Notes: generated by a model from the letters alone, not told the origin. Positions 29,502 to 38,629 are shown, counted from the stretch's first letter. The stretch is DNA of 64,000 nucleotides from Parvicellaceae bacterium (GCA_965267315.1 OZ253949.1:806781-870780), one strand, 5' to 3'. Numbers and translations: made by a program.

Positions 29502-31187
29502 ATGCTTGAGCGATTGAAAAATATTCCAGAGCGTAAAGTGCTTCTACTATTTTGTATTAGCTGGTTCAGCTTAAACTTATTACAGGCGATATACTCCACT
29601 CTCGCCCATGATGAAGCATACTATTGGGTTTGGGCACAAAATCTGGATTGGGGCTTCTACGAACATCCTCCGATGGTCGCCATGTTTATCAAAATAGGCT
29701 CCACGCTATTAGGAGGGGAAGTAGGTGTAAGACTACTTACGGTAATCACCTCTTCTCTTATTATCTACTGGACTTACGTCCATCTGGTAAGGCGTGGGGT
29801 GTGGTTATACATTGTGTTGGTGATTTCCGTTCTGATGGCACATGCTGGAGGGGTACTAACTGCGCCTGATACCCCGCTTGCCTTTTTTACCTGTTTGTTC
29901 TACATTTTCTTCAAAAAGTACCTCGATTCTGATCGCTGGAAAGTGTGGCTTCCTCTAACCCTGATTGTCGCCGCGATGATGTACAGCAAGTATCACGGCA
30001 TTCTTATTATCGGCTTTTGTTTCCTGCTTAACTTCAAACTTCTAAAGCGGCCCAGTTTTTGGGTTATTACCATGGGGTCGCTGCTGATCTATTCTCCTCA
30101 TTTATTTTGGTTGTTTTCGTTTGGTAAAGGCGGGCTAACCTACGCTCTTAACGACCGCTTTCAGGAACATCTGGAACTTCGACATTTTACTGAGTACCTC
30201 TTAGGGCAAATTCTAAGTTTCGGACCTTTCATTGGCATAATTTTATTATTTGCAGCCCTCTTTGGAAAGGTGCAGGACGCTTTCGAGAAAACCTTGCGTA
30301 GATTGGTAATCCTCGTTCTTGCGTTCTTTCTGATTTGGTGTTTTCGAGGACATATTAACGCCAACTGGACTGCCCCGTTGTTTATTCCAATCCTGATATT
30401 GTCACATCGTTACATCCTGAAGAGGCAGAAGTTGAAAAAAGTAGTGTTTGGGCTCGCCATCCCCAGTGTTTTAATCATACTGCTAGTCCGCGCCCATTTG
30501 GTGTTTGACTTTATTCCATTGTCGCGACATGATAATCGGGACAATGAATTTGTAGACTGGACCGAGTATGCCGGGGAGGTTGATGCCTTAGCCAAAGACG
30601 CCCCTGTACTGGTTGGAAGTTACCAAACCGCATCCAAGCTTTGGTTTTATCGACAGAAACAAACTCTCCCTATTAATGACGGCGATCGCAAGCAACAGTT
30701 CTATGTTTGGGATCATTTATATAAGCCTCTAGCCGATCAGCGAGTATTGATTATCGACAAAGAAATTCCGAGTCCAGATGGGCAAATTGATGAAGTTGGA
30801 GACACCATGAACTACGTTTTTGTAAATGGTTTTACCAGCTACCGAACTGTGGAAATGGAATTGGTGGATTCGGCTCCTGTTGTAGCCTCACCTGGTTCTA
30901 AGGTTGATTTAACGGTTTTGGTCAGGGCTCCAAAGAATGGATGCATTCAGCCAGAAGGTACAGTTTCACACCCTGGGGGAGTGTTTTATACCGTTTATGG
31001 TGATGGGATTCGGGTGGGTGGGTCCTTATGCCATATATTTCACGACGAAGTTTGCGATAGCACTACTATTCCTGTGCAAATTCAAGCTCCTGATCGACCG
31101 GGAATTTATTCTTTCAGCCTTCGAATGAGTACACATCAGGCATTGCTTTGGTGGTCGCCGCTGCAATATGATCTGGTTGTGGAATAG
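29502..31187 (+). CDS. GT-C fold glycosyltransferase (ArnT/PMT, GT83/GT39-like) with a ~200-aa C-terminal extracytoplasmic domain
   Basis: 11 or more TM helices. First-loop AHDEAYYWVWAQ (DE..Y motif of polyprenyl-P-sugar-using GT-C enzymes). Translationally coupled to the upstream gene. Confidence 0.75.
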   Translation: MLERLKNIPERKVLLLFCISWFSLNLLQAIYSTLAHDEAYYWVWAQNLDWGFYEHPPMVAMFIKIGSTLLGGEVGVRLLTVITSSLIIYWTYVHLVRRGVWLYIVLVISVLMAHAGGVLTAPDTPLAFFTCLFYIFFKKYLDSDRWKVWLPLTLIVAAMMYSKYHGILIIGFCFLLNFKLLKRPSFWVITMGSLLIYSPHLFWLFSFGKGGLTYALNDRFQEHLELRHFTEYLLGQILSFGPFIGIILLFAALFGKVQDAFEKTLRRLVILVLAFFLIWCFRGHINANWTAPLFIPILILSHRYILKRQKLKKVVFGLAIPSVLIILLVRAHLVFDFIPLSRHDNRDNEFVDWTEYAGEVDALAKDAPVLVGSYQTASKLWFYRQKQTLPINDGDRKQQFYVWDHLYKPLADQRVLIIDKEIPSPDGQIDEVGDTMNYVFVNGFTSYRTVEMELVDSAPVVASPGSKVDLTVLVRAPKNGCIQPEGTVSHPGGVFYTVYGDGIRVGGSLCHIFHDEVCDSTTIPVQIQAPDRPGIYSFSLRMSTHQALLWWSPLQYDLVVE

Positions 31188-31277
31188 TTTGAATAAACGT
31201 AAAAAAGCCAGTATTCTGTGGCTCCGGAAGCTCCCGAATACCGTACAATACTGGCTTCATTTATCGTAATGGTTGGC

Positions 31278-32747
31278 TTACTCTTCTACCTCTTTGGCAT
31301 CCTCAGTATCATCTGCCTTCTTACCCTTCAGGTAACCAGGTAATTCCATCCCCGCCATGTTAAACATGTCCTCAAGTGGTGGAACAGATTTGTATAATCC
31401 TGACAGGAAATTAGCGGTTGAGGTCTTTCCTCCGTTTTGAGTAGAGTTACCTCCGTCCCATACAGTAACCTTGTCAATCTTAATGTTCTTGATTGCTTCC
31501 GCCTGTGTTTTAACAAGTTCCGGAAGTTTGTCGGCCACAAGCAATAATACGGCATCCTTTGAATTATTCCCGGCCGCCTGAACGATTCTGTCCAGACCTT
31601 CTGCTTGCTTGGTAAGAATTTCGTACAAACCTTGCGCTTCAGCCTGCCGTTTGAATAGAATTGCATCTGCCTCACCTTTGGCAATCCGGCGAATATTTTC
31701 CGCCTCAGCTTCTGCATCAATCTCTATTTTCTGCTTGTCAATTTCCGCAGGCACAACAATATCAGCATACTGTGATGCCTTGTCTCTTTCAGCTCTGGCC
31801 TTTTCTGCGGCTTGCTCCGCAGAATAAGATTCCTCAAGTGCTCTTGCCGACTGAACTTTCTCTGCTGCAATTGCGAGCTTTTCAGCCTCCGCTTCTCTTA
31901 CTCTACGTTCAGCGTCGGAATTCGCGATTGTTACCTTGGCAACGTTCTCACCTTCTACGGCTCGAGAGTTCGCCTCGGCAACTTTTACTCTTTGGTCCTG
32001 TACGGCAATTGCCTCACCAATAGATCCATCTCTGTTCTTTTCCGCTACCGACTTTCTGGCTTCGTTGATGGCGTGAGCAGCGGCCTCTTTACCAAGCGCC
32101 TCAATGTATCCGGATTCATCTTTAATGTCGGTAATATTCACGTTGATCAATTTCAGTCCGATCTTCTTGAGTTCGGCCTCAACGTTTGAAGAAACGTTGG
32201 CCAGAAACTTATCTCTGTTCGAGTTGATCTCCTCAATATCCATGGTTGCAATTACCAAACGCAGCTGCCCGAATATGATTTCTTTAGCAGTTGACTTAAT
32301 GACTTCCTGCGCCATGCCCAGTAGCCGCTCCGCGGCGTTGTTCATTATGCTTGGTTCAGTAGAAATACCTACGGTAAAGCTGGAAGGAACATCTACCCGA
32401 ATGTTTTGTTTAGAAAGTGCGTTTTTTAGTTCGACCTCTATAGACATTGGCGTAAGATCCAGGTACTCATAGTCCTGAAACACGGGCCATATAAATGCGG
32501 CACCACCATGGATACATTTCGATGAGCGACTGCCCTCTGTGGTGGAGCCTACTTTACCATAGACCACCAGTACTTTGTCTGAAGGACACCTACGGTACCT
32601 CCTCAAATAAGTAATAAGAATTAAGACCAGTACGAAGGCAATAGCACCTACCAAAAATAATTTACTCTGGCCCATGCCTAGTATCTCATCCGCACCGTCT
32701 GCTTGTAATAATAGTTGTTTCATTTCACGATTGTTTTGCGTTTCCAT
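31278..32747 (-). CDS. Flotillin-family SPFH/band-7 protein (FloT/YuaG-like)
   Basis: N-terminal TM, SPFH domain, then long EA-rich coiled-coil flotillin repeats (AEAEKLAIAAEKVQSARALEE...). Confidence 0.85.
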   Translation of the reverse strand: METQNNREMKQLLLQADGADEILGMGQSKLFLVGAIAFVLVLILITYLRRYRRCPSDKVLVVYGKVGSTTEGSRSSKCIHGGAAFIWPVFQDYEYLDLTPMSIEVELKNALSKQNIRVDVPSSFTVGISTEPSIMNNAAERLLGMAQEVIKSTAKEIIFGQLRLVIATMDIEEINSNRDKFLANVSSNVEAELKKIGLKLINVNITDIKDESGYIEALGKEAAAHAINEARKSVAEKNRDGSIGEAIAVQDQRVKVAEANSRAVEGENVAKVTIANSDAERRVREAEAEKLAIAAEKVQSARALEESYSAEQAAEKARAERDKASQYADIVVPAEIDKQKIEIDAEAEAENIRRIAKGEADAILFKRQAEAQGLYEILTKQAEGLDRIVQAAGNNSKDAVLLLVADKLPELVKTQAEAIKNIKIDKVTVWDGGNSTQNGGKTSTANFLSGLYKSVPPLEDMFNMAGMELPGYLKGKKADDTEDAKEVEE

Positions 32748-32776
32748 TCCAGTATCTGGAAGGAATTGGGTTTAGG

Positions 32777-33331
32777 TTATTTGTTAGCTTTCACAAGTAG
32801 TATTTCACCGCTTACCACGTCTTGCACCGTAATAAGGGTTCCGGTTGTTATTTCCTCATCTTCGTCGCAAACAGCATCTAGTTCCCGGAGCGCACCCTGC
32901 ACACGTATTTGGACTTTACCAAAACCGGTTCTTCTAGGAGGAATCGTTAAATAAACTTCTCCTATTCCTCCTATGGCATTTTTTACATCCAGCGTACCGC
33001 TTTCCGTAAGTCGCGACATAAAATAGAAAATTAGTCCGAGTACCACCATCATGGCCAATCCTGCTATAGTGGATATGATTACTGTTGTTCCGTTGGTTAG
33101 ACCTGCATCAATACAGGTTAAGCCGGTCCAACCGAAAATGGTAAAGAAACCAACCAGGTTTTTGAAGGTTAAAAATTGGAATCCTATGTCGGCTTCAACG
33201 TCCACATCAACATCCGCATCCCCTCCAAAGAAATTGATAATTAAAAGTATCACTAGAATGACGCTAAATATGATCGCCATCCACCAATATGCTTGTTCAA
33301 ATGCTCCCGTGGAGCTCCACCATTCTGACAT
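32777..33331 (-). CDS. NfeD-family membrane protein (YuaF-like) with C-terminal OB-fold
   Basis: Multi-TM N-terminus plus C-terminal OB domain (GIGEVYLTIPPRRTGFGKVQIRVQGALRELDAV). Canonical partner immediately upstream of flotillin. Confidence 0.7.
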   Translation of the reverse strand: MSEWWSSTGAFEQAYWWMAIIFSVILVILLIINFFGGDADVDVDVEADIGFQFLTFKNLVGFFTIFGWTGLTCIDAGLTNGTTVIISTIAGLAMMVVLGLIFYFMSRLTESGTLDVKNAIGGIGEVYLTIPPRRTGFGKVQIRVQGALRELDAVCDEDEEITTGTLITVQDVVSGEILLVKANK

Positions 33332-33510
33332 AGTTTTATAATAGAATTAATAAAGAAGCACTTCTTCTACAGTTATCGAAAGGAAATTGATTGTCCCGAA
33401 AACATTACGTTTCAGACCCTTGATTTACATGTTAACCTGAGGTCGGTCGTGTTGGTTCGGACAACAATAAATCGAATTCTCTGCTAACTGTTTGCGTTGC
33501 CCTCTTTAAG

Positions 33511-35451
33511 TTAGACTCTTACTCCTATTACGAGAATGTCGTCAATTTGTTCGTAATTTCCACGCCAATTTTCAATTTTTTCGTTCAGAATATTTCCTTG
33601 TTCACGCATGGGCAATTCTCGGATTTCCATTAGTAACTCTCTAAACTGCCTATACATGAATTTTTTACCTTTCATCCCACCGAACTGATCAGCGTATCCG
33701 TCTGAAAAAATATAAATTAAATCACCCTTTTTTACTTCGATTTTGTGATTTGTATATTGTTTTTCGCCATGAGCGAAGCTTCCTATTGCAAATTTATCGG
33801 CCTTGGTCTGCGTTAATTTATCTCCTCTAACATGGTATAGTGGGTTGTTCGCTCCGGCATATTCCATTGCATCAAAGTTCTTTGTAAACGAGATCAATGC
33901 GAGATCCATTCCGTCCCGAACCTTAGAGTTCCCCTCCGATTTGTTCAATGACTCCGCTGTGAGCCTGTTAAGGTCAGTTAAAATGTCGGCTGGCGTATTC
34001 AGCTTATTTCCCTGCACGGCAATATTCAATGCATTGGATCCAACCAAAGACATAAACGCACCGGGCACTCCATGCCCGGTACAGTCTACCGCAGCAATGT
34101 GAATTTTGTCGGTCGTTTCCTCCATCCAGTAGAAGTCACCGGAAACAATATCTTTCGGTTTAAACAAGACAAAAGACTCCGGAATTAACTTTGCAATCTT
34201 ATTATCTGGCGGCAGAATGGAATCTTGTAGCCGCTTTGCGTATTTAATCGAATCGGTTACGTCCTTATACAGCTCCTCTATTCGCATTTTCTGTTGCTCC
34301 AGCTCCCCCTTCTGTCGAACAACTTCCTCGGTTCGCTCAATTACTTTCTGCTCCAGAATACGTTCATTTTCAGCCAGGTCATCGCGCATCTTCATCAACG
34401 CATGCCCAAGAGTATCTTCATCAGATAATGGCTGGTACTCATAGTCGAAGTTGCTCTGGCCGACCTGCCTTGCAAATTCTGTCGTGTGATTTAAACCTCT
34501 TACCAGTTTATTCATGGCTACCGACATGTCGCCAATTTCATCGTTGCTTGGTTTTATTTCCCGTTCAGGGATAATTCCCTTTCCAAGCTTGATAAGCATT
34601 CCCTTTAGTTCTTTTACCGGCCTAACTATGGACCGGGTGGTAAGCATAGTAACTACTACAATGATTCCCACTACCGCCAGAATACAGTAGAATATGATAT
34701 TGATTACGTTCGCCAGATCCGTTTCACTCTGCTCAAAAGCATTGGTCATGTCAGAACTTCGTCGCTCGTTATCTTCCCGCACCATTGTAATGAAGTTGGT
34801 AAGATCGGTGCTAACCTTTCGCGCTCTGGACCTTAATTCTCCATCAGGTGCAATCAGAAAAGTACCCTGAATGTTATTAAATACACTATCATAGCTGGCC
34901 AAATTGGGAAACAACTCCTTTATTTCCTGATACTTGTCAAACAATGTATCAATGTCCCTGAAGATGCGCTCTAGCGTGTCGCTGGCGTTTATGACTAAAG
35001 ATCTATTCTCTGCATTCAAATTCGAATTGCCTACGGAATCTTTCGAAACAGCGGCTGCGGCCACCTGATCAATAATCCGTAAACTATCAATGTTAGACAT
35101 TAGGCTTCTTTCGAGAACTTTAGGAATAATGGTGTCACATATTTTTTGAAGTCTTCGTTTGTCTGGGTGTTCCGGGTAACTAGGAACGGTTGCCCAACGA
35201 ACAATGAGGTTCTCAGATTCCTCTATATTCTCTTTAAGGCGAATTAAATCTTGTAAGGAAGGGTCTGAATACAAGCTAATGTAGCTATACTCCTCAATAC
35301 CGTCGGTTAAAGTAGATGAAGTTGAATTAGCTGTCGAATAGGTAATCGCAAATACAGACAGGACGATGGCTAGAATTATACCAAATCCCAGGATGATTTT
35401 TATGGCTATGTTAAACCTCACTGCTCTTTGCCTAGTTGGGCTTTTCCCCAA
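33511..35451 (-). CDS. Membrane sensor PP2C/SpoIIE-type phosphatase with extracytoplasmic domain and HAMP domain (SiaA-like, orphan)
   Basis: TM1, ~230-aa extracytoplasmic region, TM2, HAMP (IVRPVKELKGMLIKLGKGII), coiled coil. PP2C motifs VDCTGHGVPGAFMS...DGMDLALISF...IYIFSDGYADQ. Confidence 0.8.
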   Translation of the reverse strand: MGKSPTRQRAVRFNIAIKIILGFGIILAIVLSVFAITYSTANSTSSTLTDGIEEYSYISLYSDPSLQDLIRLKENIEESENLIVRWATVPSYPEHPDKRRLQKICDTIIPKVLERSLMSNIDSLRIIDQVAAAAVSKDSVGNSNLNAENRSLVINASDTLERIFRDIDTLFDKYQEIKELFPNLASYDSVFNNIQGTFLIAPDGELRSRARKVSTDLTNFITMVREDNERRSSDMTNAFEQSETDLANVINIIFYCILAVVGIIVVVTMLTTRSIVRPVKELKGMLIKLGKGIIPEREIKPSNDEIGDMSVAMNKLVRGLNHTTEFARQVGQSNFDYEYQPLSDEDTLGHALMKMRDDLAENERILEQKVIERTEEVVRQKGELEQQKMRIEELYKDVTDSIKYAKRLQDSILPPDNKIAKLIPESFVLFKPKDIVSGDFYWMEETTDKIHIAAVDCTGHGVPGAFMSLVGSNALNIAVQGNKLNTPADILTDLNRLTAESLNKSEGNSKVRDGMDLALISFTKNFDAMEYAGANNPLYHVRGDKLTQTKADKFAIGSFAHGEKQYTNHKIEVKKGDLIYIFSDGYADQFGGMKGKKFMYRQFRELLMEIRELPMREQGNILNEKIENWRGNYEQIDDILVIGVRV

Positions 35452-35631
35452 ACCGGGGATTAACTGAGAGCCCCTAATTTAAGCAACTTATTGCAGACTG
35501 GTTGGTTTTTAGGAGTGTTTTAGGTGAATCAGTATTAGATACCTTATTTAGCGCAATTAGCTGGCTGGCCGGTGCATATTGATTCGGCCCAGATTTGCTT
35601 GCCTGACAATCAAGTTTTTGTGGTTTTAAGA

Positions 35632-36741
35632 TTACTTAGCTGCAGAAACCTTGGCTGATGCAGTCATGAGTTTAATAATCTCTGCGTTGGAAATAGCCGA
35701 AGTGTCATACTTGAATAAATATGCTCCTTCCTGATCTGTTACCTCCTTTACCAGCTTTACTCCATAATTCTTAAACTCTTCTTCAACCTGGCTAGTGGCA
35801 ACACCCGGAACCAGAGTAACTATCACCTCGCCGCTATTGCCCGGAGGGGTAACATCGCCATTACCTGAGCCTTCCAATTCCTGAAGCCGTTTGTTATAAT
35901 ATTCGAAGTTTTCCTGATCATGAAGAGAAAAATATGCTCCCGCCAAAGCTCTGATAACGCCCGGATGGTTTGGGTTTAAGCCATGCGCTGTCTTCATGTA
36001 TCTTAGTGACTGTTGCATATTGTCTACATGCCTCTGCTGCAATTCCATTACCTTGTCTAAGGTCAGCTCAGGGTCCGTTTCCATCAGTAAATCTACCGCC
36101 AGATTGTGGTAAAGTACTCCGGTATTCAGGTTGGCATTAAAGTCGTTAGAGTCTAACTCCAGCACATCGTTAAAGTATTCAATCGCCCGATCAAAAGACT
36201 CTTTGTTTTTCTTTTTATCGTCGTTGTACATGTCCATGTGGATCACCGCAGCCTTTCGTTTGATGGCCATCTCCCGCTCCTTATTGAAGTAAGACTTGTC
36301 TGCCAATCTCATGGTAATTACATGTTTCTCGTAAGAGTCAATTGCGTCTTCAACGTCATAGTTGTTTAGGTACCGAATGGCGTCATTATAGAAGCTGATC
36401 CCCAACGCCTCAATTCCTTTAACATTATTTGCTTTTAAATCTCCCGTTTGGTCGAGCTCCAACGAACGTTGAAAAGCAGCAATAGCGGTCGCTCTTGCGC
36501 TGGATTTCGGATCCTCTTTATCGGTTTTCTTATAGATCGCCCGGTAAATAAATGCTCTGAGGTGCCAGGTATAGGCAAGTTCCTTTTCCTGCGCATCAAC
36601 AATGGCCAAATCGATTTCCTTACTGGCGCACTCCAAACTATCTTCCTGGTAGCACATAAGCGCACTTCGCCAGTACTCCTGCTGAGCAAAGGATGTGCCC
36701 ATCAGCAGAACCAAAATCGATATGTTTATTAACCTCAACAT
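35632..36741 (-). CDS. TPR-repeat secreted protein or lipoprotein
   Basis: Signal peptide. TPR-like helical repeats (AIEYFNDVLELDSNDFNANLNTGVLYHNLA...). Confidence 0.55.
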   Translation of the reverse strand: MLRLINISILVLLMGTSFAQQEYWRSALMCYQEDSLECASKEIDLAIVDAQEKELAYTWHLRAFIYRAIYKKTDKEDPKSSARATAIAAFQRSLELDQTGDLKANNVKGIEALGISFYNDAIRYLNNYDVEDAIDSYEKHVITMRLADKSYFNKEREMAIKRKAAVIHMDMYNDDKKKNKESFDRAIEYFNDVLELDSNDFNANLNTGVLYHNLAVDLLMETDPELTLDKVMELQQRHVDNMQQSLRYMKTAHGLNPNHPGVIRALAGAYFSLHDQENFEYYNKRLQELEGSGNGDVTPPGNSGEVIVTLVPGVATSQVEEEFKNYGVKLVKEVTDQEGAYLFKYDTSAISNAEIIKLMTASAKVSAAK

Positions 36742-36743
36742 TC

Positions 36744-37268
36744 CTACTGCACCTGTACAGCTAAACTGGATATTTGTTTACCAATTACCAGTTTACTTTT
36801 TTCTGCATTAGATTTACTTAGTTCAAACATTGTTCGGTTGTTGGGATAAACGAAGTTGATCATCGCTCCGTCTACCAGCAAACCGCTTTTATCCGTTATT
36901 ATCAATGTAGAGCTGTTTCTTAATGTCTTCTTCATAGACGTTAAAATGTCGCTCTTTGTGCCATCTACGTACAACATATGACAATCCTTAATTTCGGAAG
37001 CACTTTTATACTCTACGATTTTAAATGGCTGATTACCTCTTTTTGATGATGAGAGCCTGCTTACAAGTTGTGAATACAACTCGTGATCACCATAAATCCC
37101 TATCACAAAGTTTCCGGTTTTAAATTCGGAAGGCCAGTCTATTTGTGTAGCAAAACTGTAAAAGAACAAAGCTTTTTGGGCAGCCACAGCTCTCTTTCCA
37201 TCGGTTTGGCCAAAACTCATTCCAACCAAACCGAATGCCAACAATGCTATAGCTAAAATCCGCCTCAC
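36744..37268 (-). CDS. YfiR-like (DUF4154) periplasmic protein
   Basis: 174 aa with signal peptide. Size and pattern (VIGIYGDHELYSQL...LIITDKSGLLVDGAMINF) are consistent with the DUF4154/YfiR family. 2-bp gap to the TPR gene. Confidence 0.45.
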   Translation of the reverse strand: MRRILAIALLAFGLVGMSFGQTDGKRAVAAQKALFFYSFATQIDWPSEFKTGNFVIGIYGDHELYSQLVSRLSSSKRGNQPFKIVEYKSASEIKDCHMLYVDGTKSDILTSMKKTLRNSSTLIITDKSGLLVDGAMINFVYPNNRTMFELSKSNAEKSKLVIGKQISSLAVQVQ

Positions 37269-37385
37269 TTCTACTCAAAAATCCCAGATAGGTTACGCAA
37301 TATACTGTTTTTTGACCTTTTAAACATTTCGTTGTGGTTGTTAACAAATGTGTCTGTCGCTATTGCTTACGATTTCCGTGCCAAA

Positions 37386-37934
37386 CTAATCAATCTTCTT
37401 CTTATTCCGTTTTATCTTGCCAGAATCAGATTTATCTTTTTTCTTCCGCTTTTTCTGCTTGCTGCGGTTTTTAGCCTTTTTCTTCTCTTGCTTTCGCTTG
37501 GAATACTTAAACGGGTCTTTTTGGTTTTTCCGCTTTCGTTTGGCCAAACCTTTGTTCTTGCGACCTGGCTTGAAAGGATCGTCTTCATGCAGCTTACTTT
37601 TGCTCTTACGAACTGTGCTTTTGCGCTTCTTCTTCTTGTTTTTTGAGGAGAATGCCGATGTTGACTGCTTCCGTTTTTTCTTGGCTATTCTTTTATTTGC
37701 CTTCTTACCGTAAGTTCTCGTTTTGCTTTTACGGCCAAAAGCGTCTTTTTCCTTTTTTGACGTTTTTTGATACTGTTTAAACCGATAGTGGTCCTTTTGC
37801 GGCTTCTTTTTCTCTTTTTTCTTCTTCTTGTTCGCTAATAGCTTCTTATTCGATTTCTGCGCATACGTGTGGGTGTACCCTCCCGGTGCTACCAGAATGG
37901 TAAGAGCTAAAAATATGTACAGAAATTGTTTCAC
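37386..37934 (-). CDS. Secreted polycationic (Lys/Arg-rich, ~45% K+R) low-complexity protein
   Basis: Clear signal peptide MKQFLYIFLALTILVAPGGYTHTYAQ followed by a ~155-aa K/R-rich region with DPFK(P/Y) repeats. Start codon lies 5 bp after the ferritin stop. The plus-strand ORFs here are hydrophobic mirror frames. Confidence 0.5.
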   Translation of the reverse strand: MKQFLYIFLALTILVAPGGYTHTYAQKSNKKLLANKKKKKEKKKPQKDHYRFKQYQKTSKKEKDAFGRKSKTRTYGKKANKRIAKKKRKQSTSAFSSKNKKKKRKSTVRKSKSKLHEDDPFKPGRKNKGLAKRKRKNQKDPFKYSKRKQEKKKAKNRSKQKKRKKKDKSDSGKIKRNKKKID

Positions 37935-37939
37935 TTTGT

Positions 37940-38479
37940 CTATCCAGCCTCACTTACATTCCCAGGGGTCAGTTGTTCCAAATCCCGGTCGAAAAGATAC
38001 AAACCTGCTTTTTCATTACCAATCATCTGCAACTTGTCCATTATTTCCCTTGCCAGAGCTTCTTCCTCCAACTGCTCAGACACGTACCATTGCATGAAGT
38101 TGTGTGTGGTATAGTCCTTCTCCTTTAAACAAACATCCACTACTTCATTGATGTTTTCAGTTACATGAATCTCATGTTGAAGTAGCGTTTTGAATATCTC
38201 AGTAATAGATTCAAACTCCCTGGGTGGTGCCTCTAGAGCGGGAATATTTGCCCTGCCTCCTCTTTCATTCACAAATTTTACAAGTTTCAACATGTGCATA
38301 CGCTCTTCGTCTGAGTGCATGTACAAGAACTTTGCCGTGCCGTTCAACCCTTCCGTTTCTGCCCATGATGCCATGGCCAGATAGAATTGTGATGATTCTG
38401 CTTCTATTTTGATTTGTGCATTAAGTGCTGTCTCTACTTTCTCGTTTAGCATAGATTGTTTTTTTGTAACAAAGAACAA
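37940..38479 (-). CDS. ftn: Bacterial non-haem ferritin (Ftn)
   Basis: Ferroxidase-centre context: EAESSQFYLAMASWAE...HSDEERMHMLKLVKFVNERG...TQHEIHVTE. Confidence 0.85.
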   Translation of the reverse strand: MFFVTKKQSMLNEKVETALNAQIKIEAESSQFYLAMASWAETEGLNGTAKFLYMHSDEERMHMLKLVKFVNERGGRANIPALEAPPREFESITEIFKTLLQHEIHVTENINEVVDVCLKEKDYTTHNFMQWYVSEQLEEEALAREIMDKLQMIGNEKAGLYLFDRDLEQLTPGNVSEAG

Positions 38480-38629
38480 AAATAAAAGGAATTGCCCCAG
38501 TTAACCAGATTATATAATAGTAAAATACAAACACCTGGTTTTTCTTTGGACGCGTAAGATGTTTTTGTTTTTGCCTTTATTATATAATAAGGAAGCCGGA
38601 TGTTTGGGCTGTAATCAAACACAACCACA

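Noticed and set aside
37332-37713. Hydrophobic plus-strand ORFs (Leu/Phe-rich)
   Set aside because: They are reverse-complement artefacts of the AAG/AAA-rich poly-Lys coding region on the minus strand. The minus-strand frame has a signal peptide and is coupled to ferritin.
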